Origin: Geosiphon pyriformis uo1
Taxonomy: Eukaryota; Fungi; Glomeromycota
Length of the DNA: 64,000 nt
NCBI GenBank assembly: GCA_016748015.1
Contig: JAAOMT010000067.1
Location: forward strand, 186,001 to 250,000
Direction of reading: 5' to 3'
The position numbers were made by a program, and so were the translations under genes. The notes under the pieces were generated by a model. The model saw only the letters and a program-made list of their open reading frames with translations, searched no databases and was not told where the DNA came from. Shown here one piece after another: positions 13,110 to 25,300 of this stretch; position 1 is the stretch's first letter, and every line of letters begins with the position of its first letter.

Positions 13110-14140
13110 TATTACAGATAAATTTGGTAAAGTATGATAATAATGTTTAATGCTTTATATTTAAATAAGAAAGCTTAAAGAGTTTTTTTGTTTATATAAA
13201 TAACAGATTAAAATTATTAGTCTTTAAAAATTTTTAATATATATAAATTTATCTATGAAGTTTTTTAATTATAAAGCACAGAGAAGTGGTTTAATTGTGT
13301 ATAATGAGTATATATGAACTATTTTTTTTAAGTTAATTGAATATAATTATTAAAGTTTAATATTGTTTTTTCATCTTTTTAGTAAGTTAACAAAATAGAG
13401 TTAATATTTAAACTTAAAGAGAGCTTTTTTTTTTACCAGGCTATTACAAAGTTTATTTTGAAATAGTCAATTTTTATAATGTTACTGTTTTATCAGAAAA
13501 AAAAAATTCAAAAAAAAATAAAATGAAAATAAGAGAAGAAAAAAAGAGAAATTAGTATTGTTAATTATTATAATTAAGAGTGATTAATCTAAGTTATTAG
13601 AGTTTTAAAGTTGTTTATGTTAATAGTATCTGGTTTAAAACAAAAATAAAAGAAATAATTAATTTAATTTTGACAACACAAATTCGAAAATTAGATACAA
13701 ATAAATTAAACAATATTTTTATTTAATTGTAAATATAAAAATATAAAAAAAATAAAATAAAAGAAATTTATTAAGTTTTTAAGACTAAGATATGTTTTTA
13801 AAGAAATAGGTTTTTATTTTCTGTCTATTTTTTTATCTGCTAAAATTACTCATTTTTATACATATTTTTTAGTTTTACAAGATTATTTTTAATTATTTGT
13901 TATTACTAGCTATTATTTACTATTTCTGTTATTGTTTTGTTTTTTTATACTATAATTAGTTATTTTATTTTATGGCTAGTTATTTTGTGTTATTTTATAT
14001 TATTGTGTATTATCTTGTATTATTTTGAATTATTATCTATTATTTTGTGTTATTTTGTGTTATCATGTTTTTTTTATATTATCATATTTTAATTACATTT
14101 TTTTAATAGTTTTTGGATTGGCTTTTTTACTTAAGTAATA
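13110..14140 (-). repeat. 5' LTR, D-type, decayed
   Basis: Shares TTTTACCAGGCTAT box, A-tract and terminal TACTTAAGTAATA with 55280-56220. Confidence 0.55.
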
Positions 14141-15398
14141 ATATACAACAATTGGTTAAAAATTTCGAAAATTATACTGTAGTAGTTAATAAATTATTGG
14201 TAACTAAAAATATTTTTGATAATAATAAAATTGTAGATATAATTTTAATTAATGCTTAAATTAAAACCAATACAATTAATAACATAAAAAAAAATTAAAA
14301 GAATCTCTATTTATTATAATTACAATTACAGAAGCATATAAAGCATTAAAAAAGGTACTAAAATTTGAAATGCAAATAACAAAAAAAAAATTTAACATAG
14401 AAAACCAAAATTTATTTAAAAAAAAATTATATAAATATAAAAAATCTAAAAAAATCTAAAAAACAAATAACAATTAATCAATATTTTAATAATAATAATA
14501 ATAATAATTAATTAATTTAATAAATAAATATAGTTTATTTAATAATAATTATAAAACTTTATAATAGAATATTTTTAAAATAGAACATAATTTACATATT
14601 TTAATTGTATTCTTTTATAGAGATCTGATTATATTTGAAAAATTTTTAAAATTTTTAAATTGATTAATAATTAAAAAATTAATAATTAAACTTTTCAAGT
14701 AATAAAAATAATAAATTAAATAAGCAAAAAAATATGAAAATAGATAATAAAAATTAATTTCAAATTAATAATAAAAATTTCAAAATAATATAATTTTAAA
14801 TAATAAAATATAAAATTAACATTTTATTAAGCTTTTAAAACTGATTAAATAATGTATTTAATATAAAAAAAATAATAAAATAATAAAAAATTAAGTAATT
14901 AAAAACTGCTTTTTTATAAAATTGTTATTAATTATTATTAGAATTTACTAGTTATTATAAATAAAAAATTTTATTAAAAATTTTTTTTTCTCTTAATTTT
15001 TGACTATAATTAAAGCAAAAAGTAAAAAAGTTACAACTTTTTTATTTTTTTTAAGACTTAAAATAATTAATAGTTTTTTATTAGTAAACTACTAATAACT
15101 ATAGAAATCATTTAATAATGCTCTATAAAAAAACTTTTTTTAAAGTAGTTTACTTAGAATAATTTTAATTTAATCTCTGTTTTCTTTAAAAGTTTTAAAG
15201 TATTTAATAAAAAATTAATAACCAAAAAAGCCAAAATGGCCAAAAAACAATCTTTTTAATCTCTATTATATTTAATAACAACTTTTTAAAAATATTAAAA
15301 AAAATTTTTCTGGTGGTTTTGGTAGTTTTAATGTTTTAAAGTTAGTTTTTTCAGTTTTTTTTGATTTTTTAGTTTTTTTTGTTAATTTTATATTATAG
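14141..15398. other. Extremely AT-rich low-complexity tract (probably saturated TE remnant)
   Basis: Very few C/G; no credible ORF. Confidence 0.5.
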
Positions 15399-15549
15399 AC
15401 TTCTTTCTCTCCTATGTCCAAAATTTTCCAAAGAGTCTGTTTCTGAAAAAGAAGTTTTTTGTTTTTTGTTCTTTCTGCTATATTGTTTCAACATTTCTTT
15501 ACATGATAACCCTTTTGTTGTGGATTTGGAGGCTGCTGCTGGTGGTAGT

Positions 15550-17394
15550 ATGGCTAAGAAAAAGATGCATAAGGGGGTCTTTCATGGTCCTGCTGGTAGT
15601 TCATTCACTCAGAAAAAGAAAGTGGTTGTTGGCAATATTAAGCACTCTGGTGATGAAAAGGATGTTTTTTTAGACAAACCTGTCTCTGGTGGTAATATGT
15701 TCTCTGATGTGGATGGTAAGTCTAATGATAGTGAAGGCAGTGTCTTGATGGCTGGTATTAGTGCTAGTTCTTTGCTTGGCTCAGCTGCCAATACTCCCAA
15801 AGCCAAAATTGTGATATCTGGTGTTGTTGATGGCTCTTCTCTCAGCTCAATTAACTATGATATGGACGAGAATGCTGAGGACCTCCCTCCTCCTCTCAAT
15901 TTCCCTCTCAGCAAAAGGTGGGTCGATCCCAAGGTGGTGAAGACTCCTATGGAAGTGGCAGTTAAGAAGTCTTATGCTTTGGATATTAATCTTTCAGCAA
16001 TGGAAGGGAAATCAACTACGGCCAAAACTCAAGCAATTAAGAAGATTTTTTCAGTTGTTAATGGTTTTAGGGGGGCCACTACCCCCTCAAAATTTGAAGG
16101 GATCATCAGATCTACCTTCACATCAGAGGAAAGCATGATAAAGACCATGTTATTGGCTGGGGAAAATGAGATCATCGTAAATACTAATCTCATGAAATCA
16201 GGAGTACATTCAGATCGGGCCATAGTGATCAAAGAAATTCCCATGGATATCCCAAAGGAAATGATTGTTGCCGCAGTTGCTGAGTTTGGAGAAATCAAGT
16301 TGATCAAGATTTAGTTAATTGGCATGTGACAGAAGGCTGTGGTGGAGTTTGCCAAATCGAGTCAAGCAGATCAATTAGCATCGAGATAGTCATTCTTAAT
16401 CGGGAAAGATTCAGTACGTGTGGCCAAAGCTGTGGGAGATCATGATATCTGGGCCTTTAGGGATTGTTTTAGAGTGCTTCTGTTTACATTGCTGGTGGGA
16501 ACAACGGCGCATGATCTTAGTAATCTTTTGGATAGGGCTGGTGGCAAAACTTGCATTATTAATCGTTCATTGGACACTGGTAATAGAATTTGTTGTGCAG
16601 TAGTTGGCTTCGAATCTGAGAATGATCTGAATTCTGCTTTTCTCACTGAGCCTGTTTTTGGTGGTGTTCGACTTTTATGGGCTAGATTTGATGTGATTTG
16701 GTGTGAGAAATGTGGGCATCTTGGTTATTCGGCTTTTGAGTGTGATGCTTTAAATGTATTGTCTCTTGTGCCCATATTTCCATTTAAAAAGCCTATTTCC
16801 AGTGCCAATTGCCTCCAGCTGGCCAAACTGTATGCAAGAAAGAATGTTTCTATCTCTCGCCCTGCTGCTTTTGGTGGCAAGTCATGGGCCCAAGTGGTGT
16901 CTGTTGCTTCTTCTTCTGATGGTTCCTCTTCTGGTTCTGGTTTTGATTCTAGTGCTTTCTCTCTCAGTGTCTTTGGTTTAGGTGGTGGTGGTTCTCTATT
17001 TCCAAATGACAATTTTTTGTTGGGTGCTTGTTTGGTATCTTTGGAACGTTTCTTGGGGCTCCTACATGATCAGGTTTCTCATATTGTGCACAAGCTTAGT
17101 GGTGTGAATTTGGTGCCTTTGGCCTCCTCTTCTTCTTCTGGTGTTTTGGCTGTCCCAATGGCTGCCGATATTGATATGATTTTGAATACTACTCTGACTG
17201 TTCCTGTGGTGACATCTTCGCTTCCTTCTGTTGGTTTGAATTTGGGTTTAAGTAGTTCAAAGGTTTTGACCTCAAAAGTGAGTTCCTTAGAATCCAAGCT
17301 GGCGGCTCTTGACGCCTTTGTTAGTGCAATTCTGGGGAAGTTAGATTAGTTGTGTGCTAGCTTGGGATCTCAGGTGTCCTCTTCTTCCCAATAA
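15550..17394 (+). pseudogene. LINE-a ORF1 (RRM-like domains, CCHC knuckle, C-terminal coiled coil)
   Basis: ORFs 15379-16314 and 16420-17349 are in one frame; CEKCGHLGYSAFEC; leucine heptads LTSKVSSLESKLAALD; in-frame nonsense codons. Confidence 0.8.
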
Positions 17395-20300
17395 GTAACC
17401 TGGTTTGGAAGGTGGCTATGTGTAATGTGAGAGGAATGAACAATCCTGCGAAACAGAATGATATCATTCATTGGCATAAGGATATGAACAATTTAGTTTC
17501 TATTTTTATGGAATCAAAATTAAAGGGAAAAATTTGCTCCTGGATTGTCAACAAATTTGATGGTGTACAGGTGTTTACCTCTAATATGGAATCTGGTTAT
17601 CTTGGTGCAGGTGTGGTGATTGTCATGGATTCTTCTTTGGCAAGACATGTTTGTAAGATTTTGGAAGTGCCTGGTCGGCTCCTGTCCATCAGGTTGCTTT
17701 TCAGGAATAAACTGTCTGTGTCAATTTTGGGGCTGTATGCTAATGCCTTTTCGGTGGCTCAGTTTTCTCAGGCTGGTGACATCAACTCTCTTATTGCAAA
17801 GGCTGTCAATAAATCTTCTTTCATTATTCTTGGTGGCAATTTTAATGAAGACGGCTCTCATAAGTGTGCAAGTTTTAGGAAATGTCTGGACATAGATTTG
17901 GTTAATGCCCTGAGTGGGAACTCCTGTGGGAAATTGCCGACTTGGTCTAATTCTTAGGGCATTGCTAAGACAATTGATTATGTGCTCATTTTTTCAAACC
18001 TAGTCAATGTAGTGGTGGGTCGCGATTTGGTTGGTGTTGGAAAATACTTTGATACTGATCATCAGGCTGTCTCAATGTGGGTGGGTTTAGGTGGTCTGCT
18101 AGATGTCCAGTTGAATTTTGTCCGCAAGCAGACAAATAAGGATCACTGGAAGTACAATTGCAAAGGTGTAGATGATATTAAATGGGCCAAATTTAAGAAG
18201 GATACTGCGGCAAATGCTGCTATGTTTTATGATGATTTTCTTGCAGCCAGGATCCGCTCAGACTTGGATTCAATGTGGGTTGCTCTCCATAAAGTGATGT
18301 GTCTGTCTGCTAAGGCAGTTTTTAAGAGGAAGTAGTTCAAGGACTATGATAAAATTTTTAGCAGGGAATCGTCCAAGTTTCACAGACTGGAGCTCTTGGT
18401 GTCTAAGTTAGTTAAAGCATCTCATCTGAATTCTGCTGAGGAGTTTACTTCCTTGCTCGACAGATAGAAAGGTGTGAATTCAGTCAATGCCTCTCTGGTG
18501 AAGTCTCTCTTCCTGTCAGGTTCCTACTTCGATGCTATTTGGTCAGTTTTGTCCAAAGTCAAAAAGTCTTATCACTCCTCCAAAATGTCTGAAGCAGAGC
18601 GGGTTAGGGAATCTCAAATCAGGTCGGCAATAGATAAAAGGATGAAAAGTTTCGAATTGAACAAGGATCATACTATTAGGAGCATGTTGAAATGTCCTTT
18701 TCGAAAGGTAACTTTGGATCATCTGGTTGTTGATGATGAGTTGGTGTTAGAGCCTGATTTGGTTAAGACCAAAGTTGATGCGGTCATGGAGAGATAGACT
18801 AGGAAGCGTGGTGTATTTTCTGATGTTACTGGTGTCTGGAGTCGCCAATACCAGCCTTTGGAGTATGTTTTTGATGACACTTTTTCTGGTGTAATGTGCC
18901 TGATCAATTTTGATGAGATGTCTAGCATCATTTTAAGTTTGCCTAATAGAAAAGCAGCTGGGCTCTCTGGTATCTCAAATGAGTTGTGGAAACATTGCGA
19001 CAAATCAGTTCTGGATATGCTTTTAGTACTTTTAAATGTTTGCTTGGAGTGTGAATCTGTTTTTGGGCCTTGAAAGGAGGCTTGGGTGTCGATGATTCCC
19101 AAACCATATAAATGAGAGGGTGTTCTCATGAATACCCATCCTATTGCTTTGATTGAAACAGCTTGCAAAGTCCTTTCTAAAGTGCTTTTGGACAGGATTT
19201 CTTCGGCTTGTAGTATTTTTGATGTTCTGAAAGGGGATAATTTTTCTGTCTTAAAAAGTATGACTACGCAATCTCCTATTTTCACTATTGGTTCGGTCAT
19301 TGAAGATGCTTTAGAAAAAAACTGAGAGCTGTGGCTGGTCTTGCAGGACATGTGAAAGGCTTATGACTCTGTTGGTTGGGAACATCTGAGGAAAAGCTTG
19401 GTTAGGATAAAGATGTGTGGCAAATTCATTCAGTTTTTTGGTAGCATCCACAATGATCAGGTTAACAGAGTTATGACAGATTTTGGGTTGACCAATAGAT
19501 ATCAGGTACATAATGACTTGGACCAAGAGGAGGTGTTTTTTCCTCTTTTCTGGCGCATATTTTATGATCCTCTTTTGTGTGAAGTCAAGAGACAAGAAAG
19601 TGTATGTGGATACAGATTAGACTCTCGTTTTGTTGCCAACACTGGTCACACTAAATCTCGGACTGGTTTGACTTTTTTCCTCACAGCTGGTGCTTTCGTC
19701 GATGATATGATTTGGATTGGTAGCAGCCAGGCTGCCACCCAACATATTCTCAATGTTGCTAGTGATTTCTTTCGAGTCAATGACATTTCAATCAATAATG
19801 ACAAAATGGTGGCCATTCCCATTAATTGCAGAGTTTCCAATCCTTATTTGTTGATCAGTGGTTTGCCTATTTTGATAGCCAAAAGAGGGGAGTCTCATCG
19901 GTACCTGGGTATCTTTCTGTCTACTGAAGGTTTGTCAAAGCCTAGCTTGGCTAAGGCATGCTCGGATGTCTGGTTCTTCACCAACATTGTTCTAAGAAAA
20001 GCTATCTTTAATAAGCAGTTCTCATATTTGGTTTCAGCAGTTCTTCATCCCATCATTGCTTACAGGACTCAGTTTAGTTTTGTTTCTATTAGTGTGTGTG
20101 CAAAATGGAACACTATGATTCATAAAGGTTTGAAGTCCAAATCTGGCCTGCCGCTCAACTTTCCCAATGATGCTATTTATCATCCTTCTTTGTATGGGTT
20201 GAAATCTTTCGAACAGGTCCAGGCTGAGAGCAAGTCAGCTGCTGTTGTTTGCTTCGCTAATTCTATGAGTATCTTGGACCACTTGTTCACACATAGGTCT

Positions 20301-22079
20301 CATGACTTACAGGTTCTCAGCTGGCACCCTTGCCACCTCCTGCTTTTCCCTTCCCATATTAGTGTCAGTCCTTTGAATAATTTTTTGGCTGGTGTCATCC
20401 GAATTTTTTTGGGTTGTGACCTTTCTCTGGGTGGTCTCATGACCAAAGCTTTTCGTTTTCAAAAAGGGACCTTAATGTCTGTTGTTCTTGGTGAGCCAGC
20501 TTTTTATAAATGTGTCTCTTCACTTCGGCGATATGGAATTGCCTTTGTTGAGCAGATTCGCGATCAAACTGGTTTTGTTTTCAAATGCAGAACTTTCAAG
20601 CGATGGAAGAGACTGGACCCTCAGGGCCCGGTTCCTGATTGGTTCAATGTTGCTGTTCACTTTTTGTCTGGTTCTGAGTCTCTTCCCATTTGCTCTCTGT
20701 CGCCACTGAATGTTGATTTGTCTGACGTCCTTAAGTTTTGTAAGTTTGATGTTATCCGTAATTGTTTGTTAGAGGTTGATTCTGATCGCCTTTTTTTGTT
20801 TACGGATGGTTCTCTGTGTGGGCTGGGTACTCCTGGTATGAAAGCTGGTGCCACTGTTTTTTTTGGGGACATTGATTTGGGTTTGGGTGTGGAGGTTTCT
20901 GGTTTGGTTTCTTCTACTATGGTGGAGTTACAAGCCATTGCTTTGGCTCTCAAGTGTGTTTCTCCTTCTCATTCAGTCAATCTGTTTTCAGACAGCCAGG
21001 CTGCTTTGGATGCATGCAAGTCAGATTTATTGTTGGGTCATCCAGATTTCAGAAATTGGTGTTGGGTTGAATGCCGCCATATTTCTAATGTCATTTATTG
21101 CAAGAATTTGGATGTTAGTTGGATTAAAGTTAGAGATCACTCTGGGGTCTTGGGCAATGAGTGTGCTGACATTTTGGCTAGGGCTGCTGCGTCTTCTGGT
21201 GTGCATCTTCCTTACAGGATTGATGAACATTTTCTCAGGACTGGCGGTGCTGTGGTTTTTGGTAATTCTAAACATTTTGTTCATGGGGTTTTCCACTCTA
21301 TTCACTGTGCACATTGGGAGGTTGGTTCTGGTTCTCGGGTTTTGGTAGACTGTCTGCGCGCTGATGTTAATTGGTCCAGGTCATATTTGGTGTGGCATCC
21401 AGACTCTCATTTGGCCGCTGGTTTCACTAGTACTTGTACTGCTAGTTCTCAGACATATTTTATGAAGGCGTTACATCATTGTCTTCTTGTTGCTGTGTAT
21501 AAACAACTTTACAGTAAGGAGTACCCCAGTGTGAGGTGTTTGTTCTGTGGTGATGTTGAGATTTCTGATCATGTTTTTTCTTGCCCTTTTGATGCTGGCA
21601 ATCGTGCTCGGTTGATGAACGCTCATGCATCTGTTTGGGAAACGCACTCGGGTTTGTCTCGCTCGACTTCATGTGTTTCGCAGTCACTTTCTAATTGTGC
21701 TTCCAATGCTGTTGTTAGTATGGCTATATGTAAGGGCTTTGTTTTCAATGAGTGGTATCATGAATTTTTTTCTGTTTTCAAGAACTCTAAAGCAGCGGCT
21801 CAAAATATTGTGGCATTTGTTCGCAAATTATGTTTTGCATTCTGTGATGAAATTTGGCTGGTGCGTGTGAAACACAGAGCTGTTATGAAGAAAGGTGGCT
21901 TGATCCCATGTGATGGCTCTATTCCTATCTCGGTTTCTGGTCTTCCTTTGGTGCTTTCATCCAGTGTGGTTAGATTGTTGGGTATTGTTGATGCACTTGG
22001 TGTTAGTTTTGGGTTTCGTAAATCTAGTTTATTCTTTTCAGATGTAGGTAATTTGGTCTCGGTGCATGTAGGTGCCTAG
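17391..22079 (+). pseudogene. LINE-a ORF2: AP endonuclease-RT-RNase H-Zn finger
   Basis: CNVRG, ESKL, GGNFN, IDY, TDH (APE); KAAG, PIALIE, KAYDSV, DQ(G)EVF, FVDD, YLG (RT); FTDGS, ELQAI, SDSQ, HSGVLGNECAD (RNase H); CLFC..DHVFSC. Confidence 0.92.
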
Positions 22080-22196
22080 TGTTGTCCTGACTAGTCTGAG
22101 TGGCTGGTCACGTGTAGAAAATGCATGATTCATGCCTAGTTTAGATCATTTGTATGATGTATTGTACTAGGTAGTGTTTGGACCTCACTCGTTAAA
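22080..22196 (+). ncRNA. Conserved structured 3' UTR RNA element (predicted four-way junction plus pseudoknot)
   Basis: Six homologues in window with compensatory changes; see findings. Confidence 0.6.
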
Positions 22197-22267
22197 TAAA
22201 AAAAAATAAAAAAAAAATATTATTAATATTATAATAATTTTTAGTTTTATTTTTTTTTTTTATTTCA

Positions 22268-22383
22268 TTTAATGAGTGAAGTCCAAACATTACCTAGTAC
22301 AATACATCATTAAATGATCTAAACTAGGTGTGAATCATGCCTTTTCTATATGTGACCAGTCATTCAGACCAGTCAGAACAACA
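22268..22383 (-). ncRNA. Structured 3' UTR element, LINE-b copy
   Basis: Reverse complement closely matches 22080-22196. Confidence 0.6.
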
Positions 22384-25300
22384 CTACATACTTATATGAA
22401 CAGAAACCTCTTCACAAGCACCAGAAAAAAATAAACAAGACCTACAAAACCTGAAACAAATGCTAATTGCATTAGCAACCCCCAACAATCTAACAACACC
22501 TGCTGAAAAGCCCATGAAAAAACCAGAAACAGAGACAGAAATGGAGCCATCACGAGAAATCAGTCTACCCTTTTTCATTACTGCCCGGTGTTTTGCATGA
22601 ACCAACCAGATTTCATCCCAGAATGCAGCACAAAACTTATGCACAAAAGACACCATGTTACAAGCTGCCACCCTGAGATCTTCAAAAACAGAGACAGATT
22701 CACGATACTAATTATTGAAAATAAATCTTTTACATAAGACCAACCAAACCACACAATTCGAAGCACAAGTGGACAGTAACTGAGAAATACATAAAGAAGA
22801 ATGAGATATACCAGAGCGTGCCTCCCAAACAGCTGCATAAGTGTTCATTAAATGCTCATGGCCAATGGCGTCAAAAAAACAGGAAAAAACATGATTAGAG
22901 ATCTCAACCTCACCACAGAATAAGCACACTATACTGAGATAAAGCCTATTATATAGACGCTTATACATGGCGACAGGAAGTTGATGATGCAAAGCCTTCA
23001 TAAAATAAGTCCGAAAGCCAGCAGCCATGTGGGAATCTGGGTGCCACACCGAAACAGACCTGGCCCAATCAACATTATCTCACAAACTATCTACCAAAAC
23101 TCAAGAACTGGATTCAACCTCCCAATGCACCCGATGAACTGACTGGAAGATATCACGAACAAAATGTCTTGAATTACCAGAAATGGCAGAGTCACCAGCT
23201 CTTAAAAACTGTTCATCAACCCTGTACGGTAGCCACCAAGAAGATGAGGCAGTAATTCCTGCAAGTGAGTCAGCACATTCATTGCCAGGGACACCTGAAT
23301 GATCTTTTACTTTGACCCAATTTACATCCAAATTCTTATCATAAATGACATTAGCAATGTGGCAATGCTTGATCCAACAACAATTCCTAAAGTCTAGCCA
23401 AACTAGTAGGAATTTGGATTTGCATGCATCTAAAGCAGTCTGGCTGTCTAAGAACAAATCCACTGAACAAAAAGCAGGAACACACTCGAAAGCCAGAGCA
23501 ATGGCCTACAACTTCATAAGCATAGAGAAAACCAAACCAGACACCTTCACACCCAACTCCGAATCAATGTTCTCAAAGAAAACAGCAGCACCAGCCTTCA
23601 TACCAACAATACCCAAACCACTTAAAGACCCATCTGTATATACAGAAAGGCAAACAGCAGTGTCAATGTCCAACAAATTGTCATAAACAATGCCAAAATT
23701 GTGAGAAAGTTAAATATCAGGAGAAGTGTGATCACTCACAGGAGGAGAGCACACAGAAAAAAGAACAATGCTACCAAGAAACCAAACAGAAATATCAAAC
23801 CAAACAGGAACCGAGCCACGAGGATCCAGCCTTTTCCAATGTTTGAAGGTCTTCCAACTGAAAGCAACACCATGTCTGTCACAAAGCTGTTCCATGAAAG
23901 CGATACCATAGCACTTAAGCAAAGGGACACATTTGAGAAATCTTGGCTCACCTAGAACAATAGACATAGAAGTGCCACTTCGGAGATGAAAAGCACTGGC
24001 CAGAGAAGCACCCAAAGACAAGTCACACCCAGAAAAAATACAAACCACACCTGACAGAAAGTTGTTTGAAAGACTGACATCAATGTGAGCTGGAAACAGC
24101 AAAGGGTGACAGAAATGCCAACTGAGAGCCTGAAGATCATGAGACCTGTAAGAAAACAAACAACCCAAAATACCAACTGAATTCGCAAAAGCCAAAACAG
24201 CAGCCGATTTACTCTCAGCTTGGATCTGTTCAAAAGTTTTAAAATTGTACAAAGAAGGATGATAAACCGCATGATTGGGGAAGTTGAGTGGCAGCCCAGA
24301 CTTAGACTTCAAGCACCTGCGAACCATAGAGTCCCACTTATTATACACACTAACAGGAACAAAGCTGAACTGAGTTCTGTAGCTGATGATAAGCAGAAGA
24401 ACTACAGAAACTAAATACATGAATTGTTTGTCTAAGATCACCTTCCTCAGAACAAGATTAACAAAAAATCGAACATCCGAGCGAGCTTTAGCCAGACTAG
24501 GCATCGAAAGACCTTCAGAAGACAAAAAAATACCCAGATACCGATAAGGTTCACCCTTCTTGGCGATAGAGATAGGTGAGCCACTAATAGTCAAAGAAGG
24601 ATTCGCAATCCGGCTGTTGATAAGAATGGCTACAATCTTGTTATTTTTAATTGAAATGTCATTAATCCTAAAAAATTCACTAGCAACATTGAGGATGTGC
24701 TGCATAGTAGCCTGGCTACCACCAACCCAAATAGTATCATCTACAAAAGCACCCACAGCCAAGAATAAAGTCAGCCTGGCCTGAGGCTCCATCCAGCCAG
24801 TTCTGAAAATAAAATGAGAGTTCAACCTGTAATCATACACACTTTCCTATCATTTGACTTCACACAAGAGTGAATCATAAAATATGTGCCAAAGAAGTGG
24901 TGAAAAAACCTTTCCTTGGTCCAGATCATCGTGAACATGGTAACCATCAATCAAGCTGAAATCCATCATCTCTCTGTTGGTGCGACCATTGTAAATGTCA
25001 TCAAAAAATCTAATAAACTTGTCACACATCTTAATCCTAACCAAACTTCTTTTGAAATGCACCCAGTTAACAGAATCATACGCTTTTCACATATCTTGCA
25101 AAACCAGCCACAGTTCCCAGCCCTTTTCCAATGCATCTTCTATCACAGAACCAATGACAAAAATGGGCGATTGTGTTGATGTACCCTTTAATACAGAGAA
25201 ATTGTCCCCATGCAGAACATCAAACCTGCTGCAGGCCAAAGAAATTCTGTCTGAGAGAATCTTGGAAAGAATCTTGCAGGCCATTTCAATCAATGCAATA

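Larger units (their letters stand above)
7604..14140 (-). mobile_element. Highly decayed Ty3/Gypsy element (D-type LTR; gag-PR-dUTPase-start of RT)
   Basis: Minus strand near 7604-7720 matches the pre-RT segment at ~46820-46940; dUTPase remnant ~8250-8600; PBS-like TTTGGGTG next to LTR end at ~13110; LTR similar to 55280-56220. Confidence 0.65.
15399..22217 (+). mobile_element. Full-length non-LTR retrotransposon (LINE-a), RNase H-containing
   Basis: ORF1, ORF2, conserved 3' UTR and poly(A); starts ACTTCTTTCTCT. Confidence 0.92.

Noticed and set aside
18719-19351. Recurring antisense ORF over the RT (also 24995-25579, 34826-35143)
   Set aside because: Shadow frame of conserved sense codons; starts and lengths differ between copies
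22080-22196. Known self-cleaving ribozyme (hammerhead, pistol, hairpin, HDV)
   Set aside because: CTGAGTG is not CUGANGA, and the other catalytic cores are not arranged correctly; only isolated GAAA/GUC words are present
15385-22240. LINE target-site duplications (e.g. ATATTATA)
   Set aside because: Flanks are too AT-rich to distinguish from chance matches
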